DNA of 64,000 nucleotides from Escherichia coli (lineage in GTDB: Bacteria; Pseudomonadota; Gammaproteobacteria; Enterobacterales; Enterobacteriaceae). The notes beneath the pieces were generated by a model that searched no databases, was not told the DNA's origin, and saw nothing but the letters and a program-made list of their open reading frames with translations. Positions 35,530 through 54,024 of the stretch are shown in pieces (the first letter of the stretch is position 1; every line of letters begins with the position of its first letter). Made by a program: the position numbers and the translations under genes. Location: assembly GCF_016903815.1 (NCBI RefSeq), contig NZ_CP069973.1; one strand, 5' to 3'.

Positions 35530-37023
35530 ATGGACGCCATGAAATATAACGATTTACGCGACTTCTTGACGCTGCTTGAACAGCAGGGTGAGCTAAAACG
35601 TATCACGCTCCCGGTGGATCCGCATCTGGAAATCACTGAAATTGCTGACCGTACTTTGCGTGCCGGTGGGCCTGCGCTGTTGTTCGAAAACCCTAAAGGC
35701 TACTCAATGCCGGTGCTGTGCAACCTGTTCGGTACGCCAAAGCGCGTGGCGATGGGCATGGGGCAGGAAGATGTTTCGGCGCTGCGTGAAGTTGGTAAAT
35801 TATTGGCGTTTCTGAAAGAGCCGGAGCCGCCAAAAGGTTTCCGCGACCTGTTTGATAAACTGCCGCAGTTTAAGCAAGTATTGAACATGCCGACAAAGCG
35901 ACTGCGTGGTGCGCCGTGTCAGCAAAAAATTATCTCCGGCGATGACGTCGATCTTCACCGTATCCCCATTATGACCTGCTGGCCGGAAGACGCCGCGCCG
36001 CTGATTACCTGGGGGTTGACCGTGACGCGCGGCCCGCATAAAGAGCGGCAGAATCTGGGCATTTATCGCCAGCAGCTGATTGGTAAAAACAAATTGATTA
36101 TGCGCTGGCTGTCGCATCGCGGCGGCGCGCTGGATTTCCAGGAGTGGTGTGCGGCGCATCCGGGCGAACGTTTCCCGGTTTCTGTGGCGCTGGGTGCTGA
36201 TCCCGCCACAATTCTCGGTGCAGTCACCCCCGTTCCAGATACGCTTTCAGAGTATGCGTTTGCCGGATTGCTGCGCGGCACCAAGACCGAAGTGGTGAAG
36301 TGTATCTCCAATGACCTTGAAGTGCCCGCCAGTGCGGAGATAGTGCTGGAAGGGTATATCGAACAAGGCGAAACTGCGCCGGAAGGGCCGTATGGCGACC
36401 ACACCGGTTACTATAACGAAGTCGATAGTTTCCCGGTATTTACTGTGACGCATATTACCCAGCGTGAAGATGCGATTTATCATTCCACCTATACCGGGCG
36501 TCCGCCGGATGAACCTGCGGTGCTGGGTGTCGCACTGAACGAAGTGTTTGTGCCGATTCTGCAAAAACAGTTCCCGGAAATTGTCGATTTTTACCTGCCG
36601 CCGGAAGGCTGCTCTTATCGCCTGGCGGTAGTGACGATCAAAAAACAGTACGCCGGACACGCGAAGCGCGTCATGATGGGCGTCTGGTCGTTCTTACGCC
36701 AGTTTATGTACACTAAATTTGTGATCGTTTGCGATGATGACGTCAACGCACGCGACTGGAACGATGTGATTTGGGCGATTACCACCCGTATGGACCCGGC
36801 GCGGGACACGGTGTTGGTCGAAAATACGCCTATTGATTATCTGGATTTTGCCTCGCCTGTGTCCGGGCTGGGTTCAAAAATGGGGCTGGATGCCACGAAT
36901 AAATGGCCAGGGGAAACCCAGCGTGAATGGGGACGTCCCATCAAAAAAGATCCGGATGTTGTCGCGCATATTGACGCCATCTGGGATGAACTGGCTATTT
37001 TTAACAACGGTAAAAGCGCCTGA
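35530..37023 (+). CDS. ubiD: 3-octaprenyl-4-hydroxybenzoate decarboxylase UbiD
   Basis: 497 aa [20 protein letters not shown]... Confidence 0.95.
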   Translation: MDAMKYNDLRDFLTLLEQQGELKRITLPVDPHLEITEIADRTLRAGGPALLFENPKGYSMPVLCNLFGTPKRVAMGMGQEDVSALREVGKLLAFLKEPEPPKGFRDLFDKLPQFKQVLNMPTKRLRGAPCQQKIISGDDVDLHRIPIMTCWPEDAAPLITWGLTVTRGPHKERQNLGIYRQQLIGKNKLIMRWLSHRGGALDFQEWCAAHPGERFPVSVALGADPATILGAVTPVPDTLSEYAFAGLLRGTKTEVVKCISNDLEVPASAEIVLEGYIEQGETAPEGPYGDHTGYYNEVDSFPVFTVTHITQREDAIYHSTYTGRPPDEPAVLGVALNEVFVPILQKQFPEIVDFYLPPEGCSYRLAVVTIKKQYAGHAKRVMMGVWSFLRQFMYTKFVIVCDDDVNARDWNDVIWAITTRMDPARDTVLVENTPIDYLDFASPVSGLGSKMGLDATNKWPGETQREWGRPIKKDPDVVAHIDAIWDELAIFNNGKSA

Positions 37024-37068
37024 TGCGCGTTTGTTTTGCCCTATTTATCGATCCGACAGAGAAAGCGC

Positions 37069-37770
37069 ATGACAACCTTAAGCTGTAAAGTGACCTCGGT
37101 AGAAGCTATCACGGATACCGTATATCGTGTCCGCATCGTGCCAGACGCGGCCTTTTCTTTTCGTGCTGGTCAGTATTTGATGGTAGTGATGGATGAGCGT
37201 GACAAACGTCCGTTCTCAATGGCTTCGACGCCGGATGAAAAAGGTTTCATCGAGCTGCATATTGGCGCTTCTGAAATCAACCTTTACGCGAAAGCAGTCA
37301 TGGACCGCATTCTTAAAGATCATCAAATCGTGGTCGATATTCCGCACGGTGAGGCATGGCTGCGCGATGATGAAGAACGTCCAATGATTCTCATCGCGGG
37401 CGGCACCGGGTTCTCTTATGCGCGCTCGATTTTGCTGACGGCGCTGGCGCGTAACCCAAACCGTGATATCACCATTTACTGGGGCGGGCGTGAAGAGCAG
37501 CATCTTTATGATCTCTCCGAGCTTGAGGCGCTTTCGCTTAAGCACCCTGGTCTGCAAGTGGTGCCGGTGGTTGAACAACCGGAAGCGGGCTGGCGTGGGC
37601 GTACTGGCACTGTGTTAACGGCGGTATTGCAGGATCACGGTACGCTGGCAGAGCATGATATCTATATTGCCGGACGTTTTGAGATGGCGAAAATTGCCCG
37701 TGACCTGTTTTGCAGTGAGCGTAATGCGCGGGAAGATCGCCTGTTTGGCGATGCGTTTGCATTTATCTGA
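37069..37770 (+). CDS. fre: NAD(P)H-flavin reductase Fre
   Basis: 233 aa from ATG at 37069 ([16 protein letters not shown]...). Confidence 0.9.
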   Translation: MTTLSCKVTSVEAITDTVYRVRIVPDAAFSFRAGQYLMVVMDERDKRPFSMASTPDEKGFIELHIGASEINLYAKAVMDRILKDHQIVVDIPHGEAWLRDDEERPMILIAGGTGFSYARSILLTALARNPNRDITIYWGGREEQHLYDLSELEALSLKHPGLQVVPVVEQPEAGWRGRTGTVLTAVLQDHGTLAEHDIYIAGRFEMAKIARDLFCSERNAREDRLFGDAFAFI

Positions 37771-37781
37771 GATATAAAAAA

Positions 37782-37800
37782 CCCGCCCCTGACAGGCGGG
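37782..37800. terminator. hairpin between convergent fre and fadA
   Basis: cccgcccctgacaggcggg stem-loop; A-run on the plus side means a T-run on the minus strand, so it more likely terminates the minus-strand fadBA transcript. Confidence 0.45.
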
Positions 37801-37842
37801 AAGAACGGCAACTAAAACTTTATACAGTGGCATTTAGATCTA

Positions 37843-37948
37843 TGTCGCATCCGGCATACGCTGCCTGATGCGACGCTGGCGCGTCTTATCAGGCCTACAT
37901 TGGTGCTGGATCGGTAGACCGGATAAGGCGTCACGCCGCATCCGGCAA
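37843..37948. repeat. BIME / cluster of REP palindromic units
   Basis: Three REP-like units (tgtcgcatccggcatacg; gcctgatgcgacgctggcgcgtcttatcaggcctac; cggataaggcgtcacgccgcatccggcaag). Confidence 0.65.
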
Positions 37949-37952
37949 GTGG

Positions 37953-39125
<1,173 letters not shown>

Positions 39126-41315
39126 TTAAGCCGTTTTCAGGTCGCCAACCGGACGGGCTGGCTCAACCGGGGGATAGTACGGTTCGTTATGACGCGCTTT
39201 ATTACGCAGACCTTCCGGCACTTCATACAGCGGGCCGAGGTGCTGATATTGCTGTGCCATATCGAGGTATTTTGCGCTACCGAGGGTGTCCAGCCAGCGG
39301 AACGCACCGCCGTGGAACGGAGGGAAGCCCAGGCCGTAGACCAGCGCCATATCCGCTTCTGCCGGAGTGGCGATAATGCCTTCTTCCAGACAGCGGACCA
39401 CTTCGTTGACCATCGGGATCATCATGCGGGCGATAATCTCTTCTTCGCTGAAATCGCGCTTCGGCTGGCTCACTTCTGCCAGCAGGTCGTCAACGACGGC
39501 GTCTTCTTCTTTCTTCGGCTTACCTTTGCTGTCTTCTTTATAACGCCAGAAACCGAGGCCGTTCTTCTGACCAAAGCGGTTGGCATCAAACAGCGCGTCG
39601 ATGGTATCGCGATAATCTTTCTGCATCCGCTGCGGGAAGCCTGCTGCCATGACAGCCTGGGCATGATGCGCGGTGTCAATGCCCACAACGTCCAGCAGAT
39701 ATGCCGGACCCATAGGCCAGCCAAACTGTTTTTCCATCACTTTGTCGATCTTGCGGAAATCCGCGCCGTCGCGCAGCAGCTGGCTGAAACCCGCGAAGTA
39801 GGGGAACAGCACGCGGTTAACGAAGAATCCGGGGCAGTCGTTAACCACAATCGGCGTTTTGCCCATCTTGCTCGCCCAGGCGACGACTTTCGCGATGGTT
39901 TCGTCGGAGCTTTTCTCGCCGCGAATAATTTCCACCAACGGCATCCGGTGCACCGGGTTAAAGAAGTGCATCCCGCAGAAGTTTTCCGGACGTTCCAGCG
40001 CGTTGGCCAGTTCGCTGATAGGAATGGTTGAAGTGTTAGACGCCAGCACGGTATCCGGGCGTACTTTCTGCTCGGTTTCTGCCAGTACGGCTTTTTTCAC
40101 TTTCGGGTTTTCGACAACCGCTTCTACCACAACATCCACGCGGTCAAAACCAGAGTAATCGAGCGTTGGGTGGATTGTGGAGATCACGCCAGCCAGTTTC
40201 AGACCATCGATCTTGCCGCGCTCAAGCTGCTTGTTCAGCAGTTTCGCGGCTTCGGTCATGCCGAGGGTTAACGACTTGTCGTTGATATCTTTCATGACAA
40301 CCGGTACGCCTTTCCACGCAGACTGGTAAGCGATGCCGCCACCCATAATGCCTGCGCCCAGCACAGCGGCCTGTTTCGGGGTTTCAACGTCTTTGGTGAG
40401 TTTCTTCGCTTTGCCTTTTACATATTGATCGTTAAGGAAAATGCCGACCAGTGCGCGGGCTTCGTTGGTGTGCGCCAGCGGGACAAAGCTTTTGTTTTCC
40501 AGATTTAATGCTTCTTCACGACCAAAACGGGCCGCCGCTTCAATGGTTTTTACTGCGGTGATGGGGGCCGGATAATGTTTCCCCGCCGTTTGTGCGACCA
40601 TCCCTTTAGCGATGGTGAAGCTCATGGTGGCTTCAATCTTGCTCAGTTTTAGCGGTTCCAGCTTCGGCTGACGTTTCGCTTTCCAGTCGAGGTCGCCGTT
40701 AATGGCCTGGCGTAAAATCGCCATCGCCCCTTCAACCAGTTTTTCTGCTTTGACTACACCATCCACCAGACCGATTTTCAGCGCCTGATCCGCGCCGACA
40801 TCTTTACCGGCGGCAATGATTTCCAGCGCACTGTCAGCGCCCAGCATACGTGGCATACGTACAGAACCGCCAAAGCCCGGCATGATGCCCAGTTTGGTTT
40901 CCGGCAGACCGATGCGCAGATCCGGCGTCGCCAGACGATAATCGGTCGCCAGCACGCATTCGCAGCCACCGCCCAGCGCATAGCCGTTGACGGCAGCAAT
41001 GGTCGGCACCGGGAGATCTTCCAGGCGATTAAACACGCTATTGGCAAAGTGCAGCCACTGACTTAACTGTTCTTCAGGAACGAGGAACAGGGACAAAAAT
41101 TCGGTGATATCAGCACCGACGATAAAGGCTGATTTGTTCGAACGTAGCAGCAGCCCTTTTAGATCTGATTGCTGTTCCAGCACGCCGATGGCCTCGCCGA
41201 GGCTGGCGACGGTCGCAGTGTCGAGTTTATTAACTGAACCTGGGGCATCAAATACCAGTTCGGCAATGCCATCTTCCAGCCAGTCAAGGTACAGGGTGTC
41301 GCCTTTGTAAAGCAT
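39126..41315 (-). CDS. fadB: fatty-acid oxidation complex alpha subunit FadB
   Basis: 729 aa from ATG at 41315 ([22 protein letters not shown]...); track ORF over-extends upstream. Confidence 0.95.
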   Translation of the reverse strand: MLYKGDTLYLDWLEDGIAELVFDAPGSVNKLDTATVASLGEAIGVLEQQSDLKGLLLRSNKSAFIVGADITEFLSLFLVPEEQLSQWLHFANSVFNRLEDLPVPTIAAVNGYALGGGCECVLATDYRLATPDLRIGLPETKLGIMPGFGGSVRMPRMLGADSALEIIAAGKDVGADQALKIGLVDGVVKAEKLVEGAMAILRQAINGDLDWKAKRQPKLEPLKLSKIEATMSFTIAKGMVAQTAGKHYPAPITAVKTIEAAARFGREEALNLENKSFVPLAHTNEARALVGIFLNDQYVKGKAKKLTKDVETPKQAAVLGAGIMGGGIAYQSAWKGVPVVMKDINDKSLTLGMTEAAKLLNKQLERGKIDGLKLAGVISTIHPTLDYSGFDRVDVVVEAVVENPKVKKAVLAETEQKVRPDTVLASNTSTIPISELANALERPENFCGMHFFNPVHRMPLVEIIRGEKSSDETIAKVVAWASKMGKTPIVVNDCPGFFVNRVLFPYFAGFSQLLRDGADFRKIDKVMEKQFGWPMGPAYLLDVVGIDTAHHAQAVMAAGFPQRMQKDYRDTIDALFDANRFGQKNGLGFWRYKEDSKGKPKKEEDAVVDDLLAEVSQPKRDFSEEEIIARMMIPMVNEVVRCLEEGIIATPAEADMALVYGLGFPPFHGGAFRWLDTLGSAKYLDMAQQYQHLGPLYEVPEGLRNKARHNEPYYPPVEPARPVGDLKTA

Positions 41316-41340
41316 GTCAGTCTCCTGAATCCGCAAGGTG

Positions 41341-41357
41341 ATCTGGTCGTACCAGAT
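41341..41357. promoter_or_regulatory. FadR operator of the fadBA promoter
   Basis: ATCTGGTCGTACCAGAT, a 17-bp near-perfect palindrome matching the FadR consensus (TGGT-N-ACCAG core), ~25 bp upstream of the fadB start. Confidence 0.75.
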
Positions 41358-41504
41358 GCATCGAAGTGTGTATTTTGTGTTAAAAATATGCAAATAAAAG
41401 ATTAAAGAAATGCCGATCTGATCACGCTCGGCAGAAATCACGCTCTGGATGAACGATGTGCTAAGATGCGGAGACTTAAGGTCAAAAAAACAGAAGGGTA
41501 AAAA

Positions 41505-42836
41505 ATGGAATCACTGGCCTCACTCTATAAAAATCATATAGCTACCTTACAAGAACGGACTCGCGATGCGCTGGCGCGCTTCAAGCTGGATGCGTTACTT
41601 ATTCACTCCGGCGAACTGTTCAACGTTTTTCTCGACGATCATCCCTATCCGTTTAAAGTGAATCCGCAATTCAAAGCGTGGGTGCCGGTAACTCAGGTGC
41701 CAAACTGCTGGCTGTTGGTGGATGGCGTGAACAAGCCGAAACTGTGGTTTTATCTGCCGGTTGATTACTGGCACAACGTCGAACCGCTGCCGACCTCCTT
41801 CTGGACTGAAGATGTAGAAGTGATCGCGCTGCCGAAAGCCGATGGCATTGGTAGCCTGCTGCCTGCTGCGCGCGGGAATATCGGTTATATCGGTCCGGTG
41901 CCGGAGCGTGCGCTGCAACTGGGTATTGAGGCCAGCAATATCAACCCGAAAGGGGTGATCGACTACCTGCATTACTACCGCTCCTTCAAAACCGAGTACG
42001 AACTGGCCTGTATGCGTGAAGCGCAGAAAATGGCGGTCAACGGTCATCGCGCGGCAGAAGAAGCGTTCCGTTCTGGCATGAGCGAGTTCGATATCAATAT
42101 TGCCTATCTGACCGCGACCGGTCATCGTGATACCGACGTACCTTACAGCAACATTGTGGCGCTTAACGAACACGCTGCGGTGTTGCATTACACCAAACTG
42201 GACCACCAGGCACCGGAAGAGATGCGCAGCTTCCTGCTGGATGCCGGGGCCGAATATAACGGCTATGCGGCTGACCTGACCCGTACCTGGTCGGCAAAAA
42301 GCGATAACGACTACGCACAGCTGGTGAAAGACGTAAATGATGAACAACTGGCGCTGATCGCCACCATGAAAGCAGGCGTCAGCTATGTGGATTACCACAT
42401 CCAGTTCCATCAGCGCATCGCCAAACTGCTGCGTAAACATCAAATCATCACCGATATGAGTGAAGAAGCGATGGTCGAAAACGATCTCACCGGACCGTTT
42501 ATGCCGCACGGTATCGGCCATCCGCTGGGCCTGCAGGTGCATGACGTAGCCGGTTTTATGCAGGATGATAGCGGTACGCACCTCGCGGCACCGGCAAAAT
42601 ATCCGTACCTGCGCTGCACCCGTATTCTCCAGCCGGGCATGGTGTTAACCATCGAGCCGGGTATCTACTTCATCGAATCGCTACTGGCACCGTGGCGTGA
42701 AGGGCAGTTCAGTAAACACTTTAACTGGCAGAAAATTGAAGCACTGAAACCGTTCGGCGGCATTCGTATCGAAGACAACGTGGTGATCCACGAAAACAAC
42801 GTGGAAAACATGACCCGGGATCTGAAACTGGCGTGA
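41505..42836 (+). CDS. pepQ: Xaa-Pro dipeptidase (prolidase)
   Basis: 443 aa [21 protein letters not shown]... Confidence 0.95.
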
Positions 42837-43450
42837 TGGAAAGCTGGTTAATTCCTGCGGCACCAGTCACGGTCGTTGAAGAGATCAAAAAGAGCCGCTT
42901 CATAACGATGTTGGCGCATACCGATGGCGTTGAGGCGGCGAAAGCGTTTGTTGAATCGGTGCGGGCAGAACACCCCGATGCCCGCCACCATTGCGTGGCG
43001 TGGGTGGCGGGTGCGCCGGATGATTCTCAACAGCTCGGTTTCTCTGACGACGGGGAACCGGCGGGAACGGCCGGTAAACCGATGCTCGCCCAACTAATGG
43101 GCAGCGGCGTCGGGGAAATTACCGCTGTGGTGGTGCGCTACTACGGCGGCATATTGCTTGGTACCGGTGGGTTAGTGAAAGCGTATGGCGGCGGAGTGAA
43201 TCAGGCGCTGCGCCAGCTAACGACCCAACGCAAGACGCCATTAACCGAATATACTTTGCAATGTGAATATAGTCAGTTAACCGGCATTGAAGCGTTGCTG
43301 GGGCAGTGTGACGGCAAAATTATCAACAGTGATTATCAGGCATTCGTTCTGCTGCGGGTGGCGCTTCCGGCGGCGAAAGTGGCTGAATTTTCCGCAAAGC
43401 TGGCGGATTTTAGCCGTGGTTCATTGCAATTGTTAGCGATTGAAGAATAA
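42836..43450 (+). CDS. yigZ: IMPACT-family protein YigZ
   Basis: 204 aa; ATG overlaps the pepQ stop. Confidence 0.9.
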   Translation: MESWLIPAAPVTVVEEIKKSRFITMLAHTDGVEAAKAFVESVRAEHPDARHHCVAWVAGAPDDSQQLGFSDDGEPAGTAGKPMLAQLMGSGVGEITAVVVRYYGGILLGTGGLVKAYGGGVNQALRQLTTQRKTPLTEYTLQCEYSQLTGIEALLGQCDGKIINSDYQAFVLLRVALPAAKVAEFSAKLADFSRGSLQLLAIEE

Positions 43451-43488
43451 TCCCCACTTCGTTTTGCAGAACTAAGGAAGCGGCAGAG

Positions 43489-44940
43489 ATGCATTTTCGC
43501 GCCATTACCCGAATCGTTGGACTACTGGTCATCTTATTTTCAGGGACCATGATTATCCCTGGGCTGGTAGCACTCATCTACCGGGATGGAGCGGGCCGCG
43601 CTTTTACCCAGACCTTTTTTGTCGCCCTCGCCATTGGCTCTATGCTGTGGTGGCCGAACCGCAAAGAGAAGGGCGAACTGAAATCCCGTGAGGGGTTTCT
43701 GATAGTGGTGCTGTTCTGGACCGTGCTGGGTAGCGTCGGTGCGCTCCCTTTTATCTTCTCGGAAAGCCCGAACCTCACGATTACCGATGCGTTTTTTGAA
43801 TCTTTCTCTGGCCTGACCACCACGGGGGCCACTACGCTGGTGGGGCTGGATTCGCTCCCTCACGCCATCCTCTTTTATCGCCAGATGCTGCAATGGTTTG
43901 GCGGGATGGGGATCATCGTGTTGGCGGTTGCGATACTGCCTATCCTCGGCGTGGGTGGGATGCAGCTCTATCGCGCAGAAATGCCCGGCCCGCTGAAAGA
44001 TAACAAAATGCGCCCGCGAATTGCGGAAACGGCGAAAACCCTGTGGTTGATTTATGTCTTGCTGACCGTCGCCTGTGCGCTGGCGTTGTGGTTTGCCGGA
44101 ATGGATGCCTTTGATGCCATCGGCCATAGCTTTGCGACTATCGCTATTGGCGGCTTCTCGACACATGATGCCAGTATCGGTTATTTCGACAGCCCGACAA
44201 TTAACACTATCATTGCTATCTTCCTGTTGATCTCCGGCTGTAACTACGGTCTGCACTTTTCGCTGTTAAGTGGGCGTAGTCTGAAGGTTTATTGGCGCGA
44301 TCCGGAATTTCGCATGTTTATCGGCGTACAGTTTACGCTGGTGATTATTTGTACCCTCGTGCTGTGGTTTCATAATGTCTATAGTTCGGCGCTGATGACA
44401 ATTAACCAGGCGTTTTTCCAGGTGGTGTCGATGGCGACAACCGCCGGGTTTACGACTGACAGCATTGCCCGCTGGCCGCTCTTTTTGCCGGTACTGCTCT
44501 TATGTTCAGCTTTTATCGGCGGTTGTGCCGGGTCAACGGGCGGTGGCCTGAAAGTGATCCGCATCCTGCTGCTGTTTAAGCAGGGGAACCGTGAGCTGAA
44601 ACGACTGGTGCATCCGAACGCCGTCTATAGCATTAAGCTGGGGAATCGCGCACTGCCGGAACGTATCCTCGAAGCCGTTTGGGGATTTTTCTCCGCCTAT
44701 GCATTGGTGTTTATTGTCAGTATGCTGGCGATTATCGCCACGGGCGTGGATGACTTTTCTGCCTTTGCCTCAGTTGTTGCGACATTGAATAACCTGGGGC
44801 CAGGGCTTGGCGTGGTTGCTGATAACTTTACCAGTATGAACCCGGTGGCTAAATGGATCCTGATTGCCAACATGCTGTTTGGTCGTCTTGAGGTCTTTAC
44901 ATTGCTGGTGCTCTTTACCCCGACTTTCTGGCGTGAATGA
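43489..44940 (+). CDS. trkH: potassium uptake protein TrkH
   Basis: 483 aa polytopic membrane protein. Confidence 0.95.
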   Translation: MHFRAITRIVGLLVILFSGTMIIPGLVALIYRDGAGRAFTQTFFVALAIGSMLWWPNRKEKGELKSREGFLIVVLFWTVLGSVGALPFIFSESPNLTITDAFFESFSGLTTTGATTLVGLDSLPHAILFYRQMLQWFGGMGIIVLAVAILPILGVGGMQLYRAEMPGPLKDNKMRPRIAETAKTLWLIYVLLTVACALALWFAGMDAFDAIGHSFATIAIGGFSTHDASIGYFDSPTINTIIAIFLLISGCNYGLHFSLLSGRSLKVYWRDPEFRMFIGVQFTLVIICTLVLWFHNVYSSALMTINQAFFQVVSMATTAGFTTDSIARWPLFLPVLLLCSAFIGGCAGSTGGGLKVIRILLLFKQGNRELKRLVHPNAVYSIKLGNRALPERILEAVWGFFSAYALVFIVSMLAIIATGVDDFSAFASVVATLNNLGPGLGVVADNFTSMNPVAKWILIANMLFGRLEVFTLLVLFTPTFWRE

Positions 44941-44951
44941 TGGAGTAATAC

Positions 44952-45497
44952 GTGAAAACATTAATTCTTTTCTCAACAAGGGACGGACAAACGCGCGAGA
45001 TTGCCTCCTACCTGGCTTCGGAACTGAAAGAACTGGGGATCCAGGCGGATGTCGCCAATGTGCACCGCATTGAAGAACCACAGTGGGAAAACTACGACCG
45101 TGTGGTCATTGGTGCTTCTATTCGCTATGGTCACTACCACTCTGCGTTCCAGGAATTTGTCAAAAAGCATGCGACGCGGCTGAATTCGATGCCGAGCGCC
45201 TTTTACTCCGTAAACCTGGTGGCGCGTAAACCTGAGAAGCGTACTCCACAGACCAACAGCTACGCGCGGAAGTTTCTGATGAGTTCACAATGGCGTCCCG
45301 ATCGCTGCGCGGTCATTGCCGGGGCGCTGCGTTACCCACGTTATCGCTGGTATGACCGTTTTATGATCAAGTTAATTATGAAGATGTCAGGCGGTGAAAC
45401 GGATACGCGCAAAGAAGTTGTCTATACCGATTGGGAGCAGGTGGCGAATTTCGCCCGAGAAATCGCCCATTTAACCGACAAACCGACGCTGAAATAA
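44952..45497 (+). CDS. hemG: menaquinone-dependent protoporphyrinogen oxidase HemG
   Basis: 181 aa flavodoxin-like protein [25 protein letters not shown]... Confidence 0.95.
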   Translation: MKTLILFSTRDGQTREIASYLASELKELGIQADVANVHRIEEPQWENYDRVVIGASIRYGHYHSAFQEFVKKHATRLNSMPSAFYSVNLVARKPEKRTPQTNSYARKFLMSSQWRPDRCAVIAGALRYPRYRWYDRFMIKLIMKMSGGETDTRKEVVYTDWEQVANFAREIAHLTDKPTLK

Positions 45498-45546
45498 GCA
45501 TAAAGAATAAAAAATGCGCGGTCAGAAAATTATTTTAAATTTCCTC

Positions 45547-45574
45547 TTGTCAGGCCGGAATAACTCCCTATAAT
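45547..45574 (+). promoter_or_regulatory. rrn P1 promoter
   Basis: TTGTCA (-35), 16-bp spacer, TATAAT (-10), GC-rich discriminator GCGCCACC; AT-rich UP/Fis region upstream (45505-45545). Confidence 0.8.
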
Positions 45575-45665
45575 GCGCCACCACTGACACGGAACAACGG
45601 CAAACACGCCGCCGGGTCAGCGGGGTTCTCCTGAGAATCTCAACAGGGAAAAGCAAAAAAAATGC

Positions 45666-45693
45666 TTGACTCTGTAGCGGGAAAGCGTATTAT
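45666..45693 (+). promoter_or_regulatory. rrn P2 promoter
   Basis: TTGACT (-35), 16-bp spacer, TATTAT (-10), ~120 bp downstream of P1. Confidence 0.75.
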
Positions 45694-45730
45694 GCACACC
45701 CCGCGCCGCTGAGAAAAAGCGAAGCGGCAC

Positions 45731-45743
45731 TGCTCTTTAACAA
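45731..45743 (+). promoter_or_regulatory. rrn leader boxA antitermination element
   Basis: TGCTCTTTAACAA matches the boxA consensus in the 16S leader. Confidence 0.75.
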
Positions 45744-45874
45744 TTTATCAGACAATCTGTGTGGGCACTCGAAGATACGGATTCTTAACGTCGCAAGACG
45801 ATAAATGAATACCAAGTCTCAAGAGTGAACACGTAATTCATTACGAAGTTTAATTCTTTGAGCATCAAACTTTT

Positions 45875-47416
<1,542 letters not shown>

Positions 47417-47484
47417 CCTTAAAGAACTGTGCTTTGCAGTGCTCACACAGATTGTCTGATGAAAATGAGCAGTAAAACCTCTAC

Positions 47485-47561
<77 letters not shown>

Positions 47562-47603
47562 AATTTGCACCGCAAATTTGAAGAGGTTTTAACTACATGT
47601 TAT

Positions 47604-47679
47604 GGGGCTATAGCTCAGCTGGGAGAGCGCCTGCTTTGCACGCAGGAGGTCTGCGGTTCGATCCCGCATAGCTCCACCA
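47604..47679 (+). tRNA. alaT: tRNA-Ala (anticodon TGC)
   Basis: GGGGCTATAGCTCAGCTGGGAGAGCGCCTGCTTTGCACGCAGGAGG...GCTCCACCA; G3:U70 alanine identity pair. Confidence 0.95.
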
Positions 47680-47863
47680 TCTCTGTAGTGATTAAATAAA
47701 AAATACTTCAGAGTGTACCTGCAAAGGTTCACTGCGAAGTTTTGCTCTTTAAAAATCTGGATCAAGCTGAAAATTGAAACACTGAACAATGAAAGTTGTT
47801 CGTGAGTCTCTCAAATTTTCGCAACACGATGATGAATCGAAAGAAACATCTTCGGGTTGTGAG

Positions 47864-50767
<2,904 letters not shown>

Positions 50768-50859
50768 ACAACGCCGAAGGTGTTTTGGCGGATGAGAGAA
50801 GATTTTCAGCCTGATACAGATTAAATCAGAACGCAGAAGCGGTCTGATGAAACAGAATT

Positions 50860-50979
50860 TGCCTGGCGGCCTTAGCGCGGTGGTCCCACCTGACCCCATG
50901 CCGAACTCAGAAGTGAAACGCCGTAGCGCCGATGGTAGTGTGGGGTCTCCCCATGCGAGAGTAGGGAACTGCCAGGCAT
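50860..50979 (+). rRNA. rrfA: 5S ribosomal RNA
   Basis: TGCCTGGCGGC...GGGAACTGCCAGGCAT; 120 nt. Confidence 0.95.
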
Positions 50980-50990
50980 CAAATTAAGCG

Positions 50991-51018
50991 AAAGGCCATC
51001 CGTCAGGATGGCCTTTTT
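50991..51018 (+). terminator. rrn operon T1 rho-independent terminator
   Basis: aaaggccatccgtcaggatggccttttt: GC-rich stem-loop followed by a T-run, right after the 5S gene. Confidence 0.85.
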
Positions 51019-51585
51019 GCATTGGTGCAAAACAAATGCCGGATGCGACGCTGGCTGAACTGCACCCCAAATGTTGGACATAATCTGACATCTGAAGGTG
51101 CAGTTTATGAAACATTCATTTGAAGTAAAAATTGCCGCTGTAAATCATTACCTGGCCGGTCATGCAGGCATCATTTCTACGGCAAAACTCTTTCAACTTT
51201 CTCACACCAGCCTCTCACACTGGATTAATCTTTTTCTTCTTCACGGTCCTCAGGCACTGGATTGCAGACACAAGCGTAGCTATTCTCCTGAAGATAAACT
51301 TTGCGTGGTTCTTTATGCTCTCGGGCATTCTGAGTCTCTACCCCGGGTAGCTGCCCGGTTTAACATTCCCAGCCACAACACGGTTAAAAACTGGATAAAA
51401 GGCTACCGCAAATCTGGTAATGAGGCCTTTATCAGGCGCAGGAAGGAGAAATGCATGACCCGTTCTGATGATACCCATGAAAACGAGGCAAACATGACGC
51501 CGGAAGAGATGAAGAATGAGCTGCGTTATCTTCGCGCAGAAAATGCATATCTGAAAGCCATGCAGGAGCATCTCCTGGAAAAAAA

Positions 51586-52488
<903 letters not shown>

Positions 52489-52515
52489 GGCGCGTCTTAT
52501 CCAGCCTACTCTTGC

Positions 52516-53043
52516 TTATCCGTTCTGCTTTTGCATCCACTCCACCACAAAATCAGCCAGCCCCTCAACATCATTAATATCCAGTAATGCGACATCAAGA
52601 TTAAGCGGCACATCACTGGCTACAGCAATAACATGCCTGTCTATCACTAATTCTTCCGGTCGATGTCCGGCTCCATCGCGAAACAGCACAATCTTTGCGA
52701 TCTCTTCATGCTTAAACCCTTCGACCAGAATCAAATCCAGCTTTGAGGTATCCATTCGACTTGCGAGAAAATGTAGATCCAGCTCTTCTTCGTCTGGTGT
52801 TTCCGTCATCAAGGCCCATCGTTGCTGGCTGGCAACGATGGTTTGTGCCGCGCCAGCCTTGCGCAGCTCATAGCTATCTTTGCCTGGCTTATCAACATCC
52901 ATATCATGGTGCGTATGCTTAATCAGCCCTGGACGGATCCCTCTGGCGCATAATGCCGGGATCAGTTTTTTCAGCAGCGTAGTTTTTCCAGTGCCACTCC
53001 ACGCGGCAAAGGCGAGTAACGGTATCATCGTTTTTCCTGCCAT
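52516..53043 (-). CDS. mobB: molybdopterin-guanine dinucleotide biosynthesis adapter MobB
   Basis: 175 aa with Walker A GTGKTT. Confidence 0.9.
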   Translation of the reverse strand: MAGKTMIPLLAFAAWSGTGKTTLLKKLIPALCARGIRPGLIKHTHHDMDVDKPGKDSYELRKAGAAQTIVASQQRWALMTETPDEEELDLHFLASRMDTSKLDLILVEGFKHEEIAKIVLFRDGAGHRPEELVIDRHVIAVASDVPLNLDVALLDINDVEGLADFVVEWMQKQNG

Positions 53044-53609
53044 CGGGCAAGCTCCTCTGGCGTATTCACGTTAACAAATGCATCTTTATGATCGCTGAAA
53101 TCAACCGCATGCCCGCCAGCCAGACGCATAAATGCCATTACCCGGCGTTCTCCTGCTTGCAGATATTCCAGTAATAAAGGCTCAATAGCGCGGTTTACCA
53201 GAGCAATAGTCGGGTGATCGCGTTCACCGTCATGGACCCACACGACAGGCGCATCTTTGCGCTGATGATTAAGCCGGGCTGCTAAATCCTCGGGAATATA
53301 AGGAGTATCGCACGGACAAAACAAAAACCACTCGCCTGCTTCCTGCTGCATTACTGAAAGCATTCCTGCCAGAGGGCCTGGGTAATCCGCCAGTGAATCT
53401 TCAATCACTTTCAGACCGCTTGCCTGATAGATTTCCTGATGACGATTAGCATTAACCACGACGTGAGAGAGCTGCGCCATAAGCGCGTCAGCGACATGTT
53501 GCCATAATGGTTTGCCGTTTAATTCAAGCAATCCTTTATCTACGCCGCCCATTCGTCTGGCTTTACCGCCTGCCAGCACAACGCCTGTTATCGTCGTCAT
53601 CAGATTCAC
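53025..53609 (-). CDS. mobA: molybdenum cofactor guanylyltransferase MobA
   Basis: 194 aa [28 protein letters not shown]... Confidence 0.95.
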
Positions 53610-53678
53610 CGATATCGCCTCTTTTATTGTGGGATTGACCCTGCTAACGTGTCTGTCTCAAGAGTAAGGAGCATTACT

Positions 53679-53948
53679 ATGAAATGTAAACGTCTGAATG
53701 AAGTTATTGAACTCCTCCAGCCAGCCTGGCAAAAAGAGCCAGACCTTAACCTGTTGCAATTTTTGCAGAAACTGGCGAAAGAGTCAGGTTTTGACGGCGA
53801 ACTGGCGGATTTGACGGATGACATTCTGATCTATCACCTGAAAATGCGTGATTCCGCGAAAGATGCGGTGATCCCGGGTTTGCAGAAAGATTATGAAGAA
53901 GACTTCAAAACGGCGCTGTTACGCGCTCGCGGCGTAATTAAAGAGTAA
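53679..53948 (+). CDS. yihD: DUF1040-family protein YihD
   Basis: 89 aa from ATG at 53679 ([14 protein letters not shown]...). Confidence 0.85.
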
Positions 53949-54024
53949 AAGCTTGTAAGCGGCGCCACCAAAATCATCGTGAAATGATATCCTTCATCAT
54001 TCGTAATGTTTTCCGGATGATGGG

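Noticed and set aside
41595-42581. 328-aa minus-strand ORF antisense to pepQ
   Set aside because: Shadow ORF; pepQ is secure
43540-44256. 238-aa minus-strand ORF antisense to trkH
   Set aside because: Shadow ORF; product is low-complexity and basic
50860-50979. Possible sequence variant in the 5S rRNA (GGCGGCCTTAGCGCGG region)
   Set aside because: I cannot reliably recall the canonical base at this position across E. coli rrf copies, so no claim is made
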